From the human T2T-CHM13v2.0 reference genome, Homo sapiens, in assembly GCF_009914755.1 (NCBI RefSeq), contig NC_060929.1: a stretch of 64,000 nucleotides of DNA. The stretch is one strand, 5' to 3'. This document shows positions 25,511 through 44,984 of this stretch, in pieces. Position 1 is the stretch's first letter, and every line of letters begins with the position of its first letter. The notes beneath the pieces were generated by a model. It saw only the letters and a list, made by a program, of their open reading frames with translations, was not told where the DNA came from and searched no databases. The position numbers and the translations under genes were made by a program.

Positions 25511-25640
25511 ATTTTGTCTGCTAGTTTTATGCTGTTTCTTTAATGCCTTACAAACATATGGTAAAGATGGAAAAATGAAATGTTGGCTCTTCTCACTGAC
25601 CGATGATGTCATTGTCTTGTGAAAAAAAAGTGGTGCTTTT

Positions 25641-25888
25641 ATTTATTTATTGTTTTATTTGACTTTAAGTTCTGGGATACATGTGCAGAACGTGCAGGTT
25701 TGCTACATAGGTATACATGTACCATAGTGGTTTGCTGCACCTATCAACTCATCTTCTAGGTTTTAAGCCCCACATGCATTAAGCATTTGCCCTAATGCTC
25801 TCCCTCCCCTTGTCCCCCACTCCCCAACAGGCCCCTGTGTGTTATGTTCCCCTCCCTGTGTCCATGTGTTCTCATTGTTCAACTTCCG
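25641..25888 (-). mobile_element. Short 5'-truncated L1PA8 3' end with 13-bp TSD
   Basis: L1PA8-type ctaggttttaagccccacatgcatt motif; TSD aagtggtgctttt at 25628-25640 and 25889-25901. Confidence 0.9.
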
Positions 25889-25994
25889 AAGTGGTGCTTT
25901 TCTTTCTTTCCTTTCTCCTATGAGTATATGCTCATTTTATCTTAACTGAGTACTGCATGTAGTGGTGGTTACCAATGTAGGCACATTCTATTGG

Positions 25995-28643
<2,649 letters not shown>

Positions 28644-30476
28644 GAATGTGAGTCAGCCCTTTAGCCCTAGAAGTGCTTTTACACAGAAGTCTGTTTGGAA
28701 TAAAAATCTGTTAGAAGTCCATCCAAAATATATAGGTTATTTAAGGAATTAAACCTGTTACACAAGGATGGGTATTTTAAAATTTTGTTTAACTGTTTGC
28801 TTTTTTCCTAAAACACTGATTTAGGTGTGTGTAAATAGCTCAGTGAAGAAAAAAAAAGAAGAAGGAGAAAAAAAACAATGAAATCAGTTGCTTGGCATTG
28901 CATCAGTAAATGATCAACTATTATTTTAAAACTTTCAACCAGAAATTGTTTCATATAAACTATATTTTTATTCTGTGAAAAGGGCAACTTACACAGTTTT
29001 AAAAATAGGAAAAGACGTATTCAGGAGAGATGCTTGTTTCTGTGTGTTAGAAGGAAGGTATATGGTGACTGAATTCATCCAGAATTGCTACAGTCAGCAT
29101 TTCCAAAGTTGTATTTCATCAGGGTTTATAGAGACATTTGAAGGCACTGTTAGTAAGTTAAGCAGCCTATCCATCACCCCTGCACCCCAAATCATACAGG
29201 CTACATATAAAGAAAAGCAAAATCCCACTACATTTTGTTGTTTAGGTCTACTTTGAAATTCTCCACATTAGAGTCAAATAATGCCATGATTATTAATAGA
29301 AAGAGCTTATATATTAATAATCTCTTTTATTTTCAAGGTAAAAGGACTGGTATTGAGTTCATAGTAACTGTGGGCTTAGGGCAAAATGAAGAGTTATGTC
29401 CAGATTATTACCAGTCATTAGCTAAGTATAATGCCTTTAGTCTAGTAGGCTTCACCAGAGTATGATTTTTTTTCCTGTATATTCAAAAATGTATCATGTG
29501 ACTTATCATCCTCTTGAATTTTTGTTCACCTTAGTGTGAAACATACTGGTTGTTCTAGTCATCAATATCTATTTTATAGTTGCAGTCATTCTGCAATGAT
29601 GCATGTCAATGGCATCAGTGCATTTCTGCCAGTATATAAATCTCTACCCATCTCTGCACCATGTGGAGGTTTAAACATTTCATGAAATGATATATTGCCA
29701 TGAATCTTACTTATCTTCTCATATTTATACTGTCATAGTCTCTAAATAATATGTTTTTACTCTACTTCACAGATATAAATCTTCAAGAATATGTATTTTT
29801 AATGGTGTTCTTCTTTGGAAGCATTTTAGTTATACAAAATGGTTTCACTGAACTTATGAATTAAGAGCCCAATAGATTGTTGGTTACTTTGAATTTATGA
29901 GTTCTCTGTTGAACTTTAATTTGAAGGAAGCCAGCTACACAAGTCACATCAATTTTCAAAGTCTCATTACTGGTATTCTAATGAACAAGTATTAACAACT
30001 TGTTTGTTGTTGTTTGTTGTTTTTGTTGTGCTCATTAAAGAGATTTTTACCAGAGAGGCACCACATGAATCACTTTTTCAACTACCTATTTTGTTACAGA
30101 CTATTGGCTGAGCAATGAAGATAAAGCAACAAACAAGACAAAGCTCCTGCAACTGTGGAACTTCCATATGCGTGAAGAAATGAGGCACTTGACAAGTAAT
30201 GACATTTATTTTCCCTTATCTCCCTTATATGAAGCAGTGAGCCCATTACTTTCCAAACAACTGGAGTTCTACCACACACACATCAGGATTTCTTAGCTAA
30301 AGAGAAATGGAGTCTTTTCAGTGTGCCCTAAAGGAGGTGGTAAGGAACTGAACCGTATATTTTCACATCTGGTTTGTAGCGTGTTGAAGTCCTAAGTGAA
30401 AAGAGCTGAGAGGCAGAGTAAGACAGCCAAATAGAAAGCCCTACCTATTGTTTCCCTGAGCAAGGACACCAAATTA

Positions 30477-31031
<555 letters not shown>

Positions 31032-33132
31032 TCAATGCTGCCCTGTTAAAGCAGAAAGGAAAACCCAACCACTCTCAGCTGACACCTTTCCACAGAGCAA
31101 GCATTTAAACCAGCCCTAGCCAGAGGGGAATCTCCCATCCCAGCAGTCTCCACTTGAATGCCTGCAAACCTCACCACCAAGAGCTGCAGCCACTCTGTGT
31201 CTCCAAGTAAACTTGAAAGGCAGTCTCCGCCATAATAGCTGAGACTCATAGGCGAGTCCTAGGACTGAACTAGGTCCAGAGGCGGTGGACTTGGGGGCAC
31301 ACAACCTACTGAGACATCATCTGTGGCAGCCAAGGGAGTACTGGCATCACCATTCCCCTAACCCGAAGATGCATAACTTGTGGATCCAAAAGAGACTCTT
31401 CTGCTTGAGGAAAAAAGAGAGAAGAGTGGGAAGGACTTTTCTTGCACCTTGAATACCAGCTGAGCCACAGCAGGATAGGGCACTGGTCAGAGCCTTGAGG
31501 CCCCCATTCCAGGCCTTAGCTCTGAGGTGACATTTCTAGACATATCCTTGGCCAGAAGAGAACTGGCTGCCTTGAAGGAAAGGACCCAGTCCTGCAGCAT
31601 TCATCACCTGCTAACTGAAGAGCCGGCGGACCCTGAATAACCAGCAATGATGCCTGGGTACTACATCTAGGGCCTTGATGAGCCACTGAGACTTGCTGGC
31701 TTCAGGGGAGACTCAGCACATTACCAGCTCTGGTGGCTACAGGGCAAAAGTAAAGAGGCAAAAGCAGAGGCAAAAGTAAAGGCGACTTTGTCTTGCACCT
31801 TAGGTACCAAAACCGCCACAGGTGGGTAGAGCACCAAGTGCGCTTAAGGGATCCCTGATTCCAGGGTTGACTCTTGGATGACATTTCTGTGCCTGCCCTG
31901 GGCTAGAGGGGAGCCCACTGCTCTGAAGGGTGAGTCCCAGGCCAGGCAACATTCACCACAAACTGACATAAGAGACTCTGGGCCTTAAGGGAGCGTTTGT
32001 GGAAACCTGGCAGCACTCATGGCCAGGGGAGGTGGGGGCTATGGGTTATAGTCTTCTGCTTTTGAAACAGGGAGGGAAGAGTGGGAAGGACTGTGGCTTG
32101 TATCTTGAGTGTGAAATCAGCCCCAATATAATAGAACACCAGGTAGACTTCTAAGGTTTGTAACCTCTTACCCTGACTCCTGGACAGCACTACTGGACCT
32201 ATCTGGGGCCTGAGGGACCTCAGTGCCCTGAGGGGAAGGACAAAGGCCTGGCTGGCTTTGCCACCTGCTGATTATAGAGCCCTAGGGCCTTGAGCAAACC
32301 TAGACAGTAGCCAGGGAGTGGTTACAGCAGGCTTTGTGTGGCACCCAGCACTATGGTGACTTCAAGTCTGACTCAGCACAATCATAGTGGTGGTGGCCAC
32401 AGGGGTGCTTGGGTCACTGCACCCCAAGCTTCAGGTGACTCAGAATGGAGAGTTAGGCTTTGTATGTTTGGGAGAAAGTAAGAGAAGAGAGCAAGAGTCT
32501 CTTCCTGGTAAACCAGAAAATTCTCCTGGATCTTGTTTAAGACCATCAAGGTGGTGCTTCTGAGACTCTGCAAGAACCACAGCGTTACTGGGTCTCGGGT
32601 GCCCAGTAAAGAAGATACAGCTTAGATCACAACACCCAAGTTCTTTCAAATAGCTAAAAAGCCTTTTCAAGAAGGGTGGCTACAAATAAGCCCAGCCAGT
32701 GAAGACCTACAATAAATACCTAACTCTTCAGTACCCAGTCACTGAAGGATATCTTCTACACCACCCAGGAAAACATAACCTCACCAAATAAAATAAATAA
32801 GGCACCAGGGACCAATCCTGGAGAAACAGAGAATGTGACCTTTCAGACAGATAGATCAAAATATCTGTGTTGAGGAAACAGAAAGAAATTCAAGATAACA
32901 GAGAAGGAATTTCGAATTCTATCAGATAAATTCAACAGAGATTGAAATAATTTAAAATAATCAAGCAGAAATTCTGGAGCTGAAAAATGCACTCGGCATA
33001 CTGAAGAATGCATCACTCTTTCAATTGCAGAATGGATCAAGCAGAAAAAAAGACATAGCTCAAAAACAGGCTATTTGAAAATACACAGTCAGAGGAGACA
33101 AAAGTAAAAACTAATGTACTTTACAAGAGTGA

Positions 33133-35203
<2,071 letters not shown>

Positions 35204-35771
35204 GAATAAAAAACAATGAAGCATGCCTACGGGATCTAGAAAATACCTTCAAAAGGGCAAATCTGAGAGATATTGGCCTTAGAGAGGACATAGAGAAAGA
35301 GATAGAGGTAGAAAGTTCATTCAAAGAGATAATAACAGAGAACTTCCCAAACCTAGAGAAAGATATCAATATCCAAGTACAAGAAGGTTATTGAATACCA
35401 AGCATACTTAACCCCAAAAAAGACTACCTCAAGGCATTTAAAAATCAAATTCCCAAAAGTCAAGGACAAAGAAAGGATCCTAAAAGCAGCAAGAGAAAAC
35501 AAACAAATAGCATACAATGAAGCTCAAATAGATCTGGCAGCAGACTTTTCAGTGAAAATTTTACAGGCCAGGAGAGATTGGCATGACATATTTAAAGCGC
35601 TGAAGGAAAATAACTTTTATCCTAGAATAGTATATCTGGCAAAAATATTCTTCAAATATGAAGAAGAAACAAAGACTTTCCCAGACAAAAGCAAAGGGAT
35701 TTCATCAATACCAGACCCATCCTATAAGAAATGCTAAAGTGAATACTTCAATCAGAAAGAAAAGAACATTA

Positions 35772-36906
35772 CGGAACAGAACAGAGCCCTCAGAAATAAT
35801 ACCACACATCTACAACCATCTGATCTTTGACAAACCTGACAAAAACAAGAAATGGGGAAAGGATTCCCTATTTAATAAATGGTGCTGGGAAAACTGGCTA
35901 GCCATATGTAGAAAGCTGAAACTGGATCCCTTCCTTACACCTTATACAAAAATTAATTCAAGATGGATTAAAGACTTAAATGTTAGACCTAAAACCATAA
36001 AAACTCTAGAAGAAAACCTAGGCAATACCATTCAGGACATAGGCATGGGCAAGGACTTCATGTCTAAAACACCAAAAGCAATGGCAACAAAAGCCAAAAT
36101 TGACAAATGGGATCTAATTAAACTAAAGAGCTTCTGCATAGCAAAAGAAACTATCGTCAGAGTGAACAGGCAACCTACAGAATGGGAGAATATTTTTGCA
36201 ATCTACTCATCTGACAAAGGGCTAATATGCAGAATCTACAAAGAACTCCAACAAATTTACAAGAAAAAAGCAACCCCATCAACAAGTGGGTGAAGGATAT
36301 GAACAGACACTGTGTGTTCATATGTCAGTGGGGCAATTCCTCAGGGATCTAGGACTAGAAATACCATTTGACCCAGCCATCCCATTACTGGGTATATACG
36401 CAAAGGATTATAAATCATGCTGCTATAAAGACACATGCACACGTATGTTTATTGTGGCATTATTCACAATAGCAAAGACTTGGAACCAACCCAAATGTCC
36501 AACAATGATAGACTGGATTAAGAAAATGTGGCACATATACACCACGGAATACTATGCAGCCATGAAAACTGATGAGTTCATGTCCTTTAGGGACATGGAT
36601 GAAGCTGGAAACCATCATTCTCAGCAAACTATCACAAGGACAAAAACCCAAACACTGCATGTTCTCACTCATAGGTGGGAATTGAACAATGAGAACACAT
36701 GGACACAGGAAGGGGAACATCATACACCAGGGCCTGTTGTGGGGTGGGGGGAGAGGGGAAGGATAGCATTAGGAGATATACCTAATGTAAATGATGAGTT
36801 AATGGGTACAGCACACCAACATGGCACATGTATACATATGTAGCAAACCTGCACGTTGTGCACATGTAACCTAGAACTCAAAGTATAATAAAAATTATAT
36901 ATATAT
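35772..36906 (+). mobile_element. 5'-truncated L1PA4/5-like element (copy C) nested at the end of L1MA ORF1, with internal ~226-bp deletion
   Basis: Starts cggaacagaacagagccctc; near-identical TSD aaagaaaagaacatta (35756-35771) / aaaagaaaaacatta (36907-36921). Confidence 0.92.
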
Positions 36907-39287
36907 AAAAGAAAAACATTAATGATCAATAAATAATCATCTGAAGGTACAAAACTTACTGGTAATAGTAAGTACACAGAAAAACACAGAATATAATACA
37001 CGGTTAATTGTGGTGTGTAAACTATTCTTATTGTAAGTGGAAAGACTAAATGATGAACCAATCAAAAATAGTAACTACAACAATTTTTCAAGATGTGCAA
37101 TAAAATATAAATAGAACAATAACAACTTAAGCAGGAGGACAAAGTTAAGGCATAGAATTTTAATTTGTTTTGTTGTTGTTTGTTTATGCAAATAGTGTTA
37201 AGTTGTTATCAAGTTAAAATAATAGCTTATAAGATAGATTTTGCAAGCCTCATGGTAACCTCAAACCAATGGATACACACACACAAAATAAAACGCAAGA
37301 AACGAAATCATATCACTAGAGAACATCATCTTCATTAGAGGAAAACGGGACTGAAAGAAAGAGAAGGTCACAAAGCAACCAGAAAACAAATAACAAAATG
37401 GAGTAAGTTCTTGCTTATCAATAATAACATTGAATGTAAATAGACTAAACTCTCCAATCCAAAGACATAGGCTGCCTGAATGGATTAAAAAAGAAAGACT
37501 CCTTGATCTGTTGCATACATGAAACACACTTCACATATAAAAACACACATAGATTGCAAATAAAGGGATGGAATATTTATGTGTGTCTTTGTAGGTGAAA
37601 AATAAAGATATTCCATGCCAATGGAAGCCAAAAAAAGAGCAGGAGTTACTATACTTACTATATCAGAAAAAGTAGATTTCAAGAAAAAACCTGTAAGAAG
37701 AGACAAAAGAGTCACTCTATAATAATAAAGGAATCAATTCAGTAAGTGGATAAAACAATTATATATATGCCCAACTTGGGAGCACCCAGATACATAGAGG
37801 AAATATTAGTAGAGCTAAAGAGAGAGGCCCCAATACAATAATAGCTGGAGACTTCAACACCCCATTTTTGGCATTGAACAGACCTTCTAGACAGAAAATA
37901 AAGAAACATTAGAGCTAATCTGCACCATAGACCAAAGGGATCTAACAGATATTTATAGAACATTTCATTCAAGAGCTGCAGCACGCACATTCTTTTCCTC
38001 AGCACATGGATCATTCTCAAGACAAGTCAAAATGAGATATCATCACCCCAGTTAAAATAGCTTATATCCAAAGACAGGCAATAACAAATGCTGGCGAAGG
38101 ATATGGAGGAAAGGTTACTGTTGCACACTGTTAGTGGAGATGTAAATTTGTACAGCCAGTATGGAGAAGAGGAGTTTGGAGGTTCCTCAAAACACTAAAA
38201 ATAGAGCTACCATATGATTCAGCAATTCCACTGCTGGGTATATACCCCAAAGAAAGAAAATAAGTATATCGAAGAGATATCTGCACTCCTATGTTTGTTG
38301 AAGCCCTGTTTACAATAGCTAAGATTTGAAAACAACCTAAGTGTCCATTAACAGATGAAAGGAGAAAGAAAATATGGTACAAATACACAGTGGAGTATTA
38401 TTCAGCCACAAAAAAGAATGAGATTCAGTCATTTGCAACAACATTGATGGAATGGGAGCTCATTGTGTTAAGTGAAGTAAGCCAGGCACAGCAAGACAAT
38501 CTTTGTGTCTTCTCACTTATTTGTGGGATCTAAAACTCAAACAATTGAATTCATGGACATAGAGAGTAGAAGGATGATTACCAGAGGCTAAGGAGGACAC
38601 TGTGGGGCTGGGGGAAGGAGAGGATGGCTAATGGGTACCAAAAAATGTTAGAAAGGATGAATAACAGCTACTATTCAATAGCACTACAGAGTGACTATAT
38701 TCAATAATTGGATTGTTACTCAAAAGAGAAATGCTTGAGAGGATGGATTCCCCATTCCTCATGATTTGCTTATTCAACATGGCATGCCTATATCAAACAC
38801 CTCATTTACCCCATAAATATATACCCTACTACGTACCCACAAAAATTAAAAAAAATTAAAAAATTATAAAAAGAAAGTGTTGAGCCATTGTCCATGGTAC
38901 TGAATGTATAATATAGCTACAGAATAGATGAGAACACTGTTGTTTACTTGACTGCTGAACTAAATTTAATAGGACTTTCTAAGTAATTAACTGGATGCCA
39001 AAAATGCAAAAGTGAACACGGCACAGTCATGGTTTTCAAAAAGTTCACAATCATGGTGAAAAAACTGCCCTTGAATGTTGTTAATACCTTTTAAAGTCAG
39101 TTAGTTCTGAACTCAGTACATGCTACTCGACCTGAGTATATGGTACTTGAACAGCTCAAGTAATAGAATAAAACTCTGTTGGTTATGGGCAAAGACAATG
39201 CTGATTAATTTTCTTTATCAACCTTTTTTTTAATGCTACAAGTAATGATGGGCCAGGAAATGTTTCAATGATGGGTAAATCTACTTT

Positions 39288-39586
39288 TTTTTTTTCCTTT
39301 TTTGAGACAGAGTTTTGCCCTTGTTGCCCAGGCTGGAGTGCAATGGCATGATCTCGGCTCACTGCAACCTCCAGCTCCCCAGTTCAAGTGATTCTGCTGC
39401 CTCAGCCTCCTGAGTAGTTGGGATTACAGGTGCACACCACCACACCCGGCTAATTTTTGTGTTACTAGTAGAGATGGGGTTTCACCATGTTGGCCAGGTT
39501 GGTCTCAAACTCCTGACCTCATGTGATCCACCCACCTCAGTCTCCCAAAGTGCAGGGATTACAGGTGTGAGCCACCATGCCCAGCC
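39288..39586 (-). mobile_element. AluSq/Sp-like with TSD
   Basis: gagttttgcccttgttgcccaggctggagtgcaatggc; TSD ggtaaatctacttt at 39274-39287 and 39588-39601. Confidence 0.95.
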
Positions 39587-39776
39587 AGGTAAATCTACTT
39601 TCTTAATTGATCAAATGCAATGTTATTAGATACATGTGCCACCTAAGTACTTTATGGGGAGGTAAGCTGTAACTTCACAATGATGTAAACTTCGCTTATT
39701 GCCTTGGAATAAAGTACTAAACATATTAGGAATATGGACTGTAATATGATCCAAAAGTGACATTTTATAAATATAA

Positions 39777-40076
<300 letters not shown>

Positions 40077-42339
40077 TTACAGTGCCATTTTTAATGCAGT
40101 CATCATTTATATTACACATCACAAGGGTTATTAATAGAGCCAAAACTTCAGTAATGAAAATATAAAATTATAGAAGACAGGTAATAATGTAGAAATAATG
40201 AACACATCTGCAAGTCTAGGATACAATTTTCACATTGGAGAAGAGTTGCCAAAGTCCCTGAGTCAAAAAGCCTTGGTCTGAGCTTTGAAATATTAGTAGA
40301 GACAAATATAAAATGTATTTAAAAGGAGGTGTATTGTATGACTACATTAGAGGTTAATTTATTGAATCTTTACAAATTTATCATACAAGAGGGACAACCA
40401 TCAAGTAAATATTGATGAAAGAGAAAATTAAACATGCTCCCTATTCAAGGAAATATTAATACTATTCATTGCAATACTCTCACATTGGAAACATTAGGAC
40501 CAGAATTCCAAAAACCCAATGATTGTGGCCTTTATAATTGCTCATCTAAACAAAGAGACATGAATTTGAGCATCTCCACTAGAAAAGATATTGATTCTAC
40601 CTTCCTTTCTATTTCTTTATGGGAAAGGAAGAAAACTGGAACTGCACATTTCCCATCTGTTCTGCCTTCTTTTTCAGGGGAGATAAAATTATTTCCCCTT
40701 TCCACTAATTCTTCAAGCAAGAATCCTCCAAAACCATTGATTGAAAGAAGGAAGAGTTTGAACCAATAGTGTTGCCTCTGAAATATATTTGGAGAAATTT
40801 TATTCCCCACATTATTTAACAGTGCCATCCCCTACAAGGAAAACCATTAGCAACTGCGCTCATGAAGTCTTCACTTACCAGAGCTATCAATATATTAACT
40901 ATATGTTTATTATGTAGATCAGGAACCATTAAAATGCTCAATGTTATTTTTCAACTATCTAGAGAATACATTTTAAAACATACAGCATCATAAATGTGAA
41001 AAATATAACTATCTCGATTTACTTTTCTATGTTTTATATAGTAATATTTGTTCATTTTAAAGCATCTTAAACATTATTTTAATGATTAAAAATACATGTT
41101 ATATTCTATAATATGTATATACCATAATTTTTAACTAATATCCTATTACTAGGCATTTAGGTTGTTTCCAGGTTTTGTTACCATAAATTATCTTATAGTG
41201 AAAGAAGGTACAGATAAGTGTACATTTTCATTTCTTCTCTCATTTTTTTCTCTTCTGATATAATAGAAATCTCAGAATAAAATGTCCAGGACTTGTATAT
41301 GATAGAATTAAAATATAGGTGACTTTCTCTTTCCATGTTTAACTGCATTTATCCCTATAAACAGGAAAAATATTATTCATCCATTCATTGAAAAAAAATA
41401 TTCAATTCTTGTTATGTTACAGCCACTCTTGTAGGCACTTAGATAAAACCTCAAAGGAAGACAGACAAAAATTATTGTAGTTATCGAGGTCTTTTCTTTT
41501 TGAAGACTCTTGCCTCACATAGTATTCTAATTGTTAAATCATGCTATGTATTTTTGACAGGAGATTGTATGATTCCATTGCATTGTGTTGGAACGGGAAG
41601 CAGGCACTGAGGAGATCTTTTGGTGACAGATTACCAAAACCTTGAGAAAGCTTTGCATACTCCACATTTTAAAAGTGCTCTATATCCAGAATTGTAAGTA
41701 AACATAGTACCCATATTCTATTTGCATGATGTCAGTGGGAATGTGCCTCAAAAAGTAAGAATTTGGGCTTTGCCATTTTACACTTAGCCTGATGTTTTAC
41801 ATAAACAGATTTTGCCCTGGAATGGCCGTATAATATGAACTTAGATTGTGTATCTAAAGGAAAAAAAATCAGCTTATAAAAGTGAATCCTAAGTTTTAGT
41901 GCTAGATCTTAAATATAAAGTCAGTATTGTTGTATTTGGTTTTCAATTTTTTTTCATGATTTTAAACATGGAAATAATTTTAATGACTGAGTAATGTTTT
42001 GAAAATATTTTCTCTGACTTCCATTAGATGTCATTCTAACATCTAATGTTAAAATGGCTAACATAACACTTACGTTATGATGGCAACATAAATAAAAATC
42101 AGAAGCTTATTGTTTCCAGAATGGCAGTGTGTTATAATAATTATAATAAAGAATGAATAAAATTATTAGGAATTTGACACCTAATTGCTAGATGGCTGGG
42201 AAGGCACAGAAATATATGCCTGACCTAAAAAATTCAAATTCACAGATGAATTGGCAATATATAATATTATATAAAAATTAATAAAAACAGAATAACCGTT
42301 CTAGAAAAGAAAGATATGTCACGAGGAAGTACACTATTA

Positions 42340-42915
42340 TTGTAATAAGTGGTTTACACAGAGTACACACCAGTATTTTTTTCAGTTGCCAAGAGATAAA
42401 TCATATTCAAATCACGTCGAAGGTCAAGGAAGTCCAGAGATGCGTCCACCTTCAAGTATGGATGCATCCAGCAGTTCAATCAATGCCTTCAAAAAGATAT
42501 GTCTCTCCATATTTTGGCTCTACTTTCCTCCATTTTGTGTTTGTCATCAGGCAGGCCCTTTCTGCAAGGTGGCAGATGTCTACTAGCTGCTTATTATTTA
42601 CAGTCCACCACATTTTGGCTAACAATTAGCAATGCCAGAAGAAAGATAACTCCAGTTTTTCAATAATCCTAGCAAAAGTCCTGGGATTTCATTTACTGGC
42701 CCATGTTTGGTGATACATTTAATTTTGGACAAATCAATATTACTCTGATTTTGCAAGTGTGGATCAAAGGTCAAACCTTATAGCTAAAGAATTAATAACC
42801 TTCCTATGAACTACAATGAGATGATAAGGGAAATGGTGGTTCCCTGTGGAGCGAGTTGCTGCTAACCCAAGAAAAAGGGAATGGATATTGAGCAGGAAAA
42901 TACAAAAGTCTACTA
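42340..42915. mobile_element. MLT1 (J/K-like) LTR remnant
   Basis: cagttcaatcaatgcc...tgtcatcaggcaggccc...gcaaaagtcctgggatttc...ggatattgagcaggaaaa. Diverged. Confidence 0.5.
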
Positions 42916-43559
42916 CCTCATATTTTTTTCATTTAATCCTTGCAGCCACCCTCGGAGTTAGAAATTATTTTATCCATTTAAGGATAGAGAAACTGAAGGT
43001 CAAAAACTGCAAATAACTTTCACAAAATCATAACACTAAAAGGTAGTAAATATGAGATTCACATTTTGTCTGATTTCATAACTCATGCCTTAAATGCTAT
43101 ATGACACTGCTCTCATTAAAGTTTTTACATCAATAACTGGTGAACAGAGGTGCAAGCAAATGTTCCTAATCTCCTATTCAGCCTTGACTTTTCCGCAAGG
43201 TTTCAGGTCAGAACACCTTTCCCTTTTGTCCTTGTTTCTGCTTATTTTATCCTGGTTTAGGGATTTACAGATTCTATTTGGAAGTGTAGTGTCCTACAGT
43301 AAAATCTGAGGCAATAGCATTGTAATATCAAGTAGCTTATCTTCTTGGTTTTGTTCTCAAAGACAGTTCTTGACTGTGACTATCCTGAGCACTGAGATTT
43401 TACTTTGTTTGACTCTGAATCTCTAGTGTCTCATACAGTGCTTGGCATTCATCAACCGGGCAATCATTCATCAATATGCCTGAGAAAAATAAAATGAAAA
43501 CATTTCTGATCCCATGAAAGTAAAGGTGGTTATATGCTTCAGCCTGTACATACAACACA

Positions 43560-43770
43560 GATAGACTCGGTGTAAGTCTCAGATTTGCCTTCTGTTTCAA
43601 TGTGTCCTTGATCAAGTAGCTAAAACTCTTTTAGGCTTCAATTCCCTTGTCTATAAAATAAAAATAATGGTACCGACCTTTGAGGGTCATAATGAAGAAT
43701 TTGGGACGTGTGCAGAGTAAAGCAGGGTTTCCTGAACATAGGAAGTGTTCAATAAATGGTGACTGTTACT
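43560..43770 (+). mobile_element. MIR
   Basis: tgtgtccttgatcaagtagctaaaactctttt...cttcaattcccttgtctataaaata...gtgttcaataaatggtgactgtta. Confidence 0.65.
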
Positions 43771-44289
43771 CACTTAAGTTATTTCATCAGTTATGGACAT
43801 GCAATAGAGCTAGAAAAAGTACTTAGATATATTTAATATGAAACTTTAGTAGAATTGATTATATACACTTCAGGTACGCATACATGCAACATACACACAA
43901 GACCCAACGATTTATGTGTGCTAACACTGTGGTCAGGCAAATTTCCTCATGATTTAATAAATCTGTGTCTATGGCACAAAGTTATTTCATAAGGGTAAAA
44001 TGCTGAATCTATTCTAGGAATAAGTCCAGTTTTCCAGTTCTCCCACCCCCCAAAAACTTTTTGACTAGAAACCTTTATATTTTAAAATCCTTTACTTTAT
44101 ATAGGCTACTTGTGCAATTCTATTACTTTAAGAAAAACTGTTTTTGACTCACAAATCAGCTTTCGTCATTACTCCAACTTCTCTCTTCTCAAAAACATTT
44201 TGCCATATGTCTTAATATAAAAGTATTTTAAAAGTTGATGAGTTACTATGATAAATAAATTATCAAAATTTTTTTGAACTATTATGTTG

Positions 44290-44880
44290 ATTTGGATAAT
44301 TTCAATTGCAAGTGACAGAAACCCAGTTGAAAGTGGCTTGGGTAGGAGAGAGGGAAAGAAGTAGGGAGAGAAAAGGGGAAAAGGAGAAATTTACTGGCTT
44401 ATGTAATTGAACATTTCAAGGGCAGATAGTTTGAGCAAGGCTAGATCAAGGCAAATAATCAATGTGTCTCTCAGTCTCAGTTTTGCTTTGTTTCATACTG
44501 GCTCATTCTCAGGTAAGTTCTCCCTTTGACAATGTAAAATAGATAGCATCATAGGTTTGCGTTCTACCAATTCAGTAACACCAGTGGAAAATGAGCTTCA
44601 CTTAATTTCCGTAAGAGGTACTAGGGTTGAATGCCACTGTTCTGCTTTGATCACAGCCTTCCCTGAATCAGTCATGGGGTCTACAGCAGGCATAACACTT
44701 TGATAGGCCACATCTAGATAATTTCCCTCTTCTGGGAATATGAGATAGGGTCAAGCCCAGCTGAACCACATGAGCACAGAGGGGAGACGTGGTGGCCCCC
44801 CAAATTATAACGGGGTGCTGTTAGTTTAAGAAAACCCAATGGATGCTGCTGGATTGGCAACAATATGGGATGACTGTTTG
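44290..44880. mobile_element. MLT1K-like LTR
   Basis: ttgcaagtgacagaaacccagttgaaagtggcttg...ggctcattctcaggtaag...ggatgctgctggattggcaacaa. Confidence 0.6.
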
Positions 44881-44984
44881 ACACATTCTTAAATATTTTT
44901 CCCAATTTTGTATTTAAAAAATTAAAATAGTATTTCGATACAATAATGTCAAGAAGATTAAAAATCATTATCATTCCTGGTAGA

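Noticed and set aside
35658-36293. 211-aa ORF that looks like an ORF1-ORF2 fusion
   Set aside because: It is a chance read-through from out-of-frame L1MA sequence into the nested L1PA fragment.
42022-42079. Two adjacent small hairpins (cattagatgt/acatctaatg; cataac/gttatg)
   Set aside because: Stems of 10 and 6 bp in AT-rich DNA; no ncRNA or terminator context.
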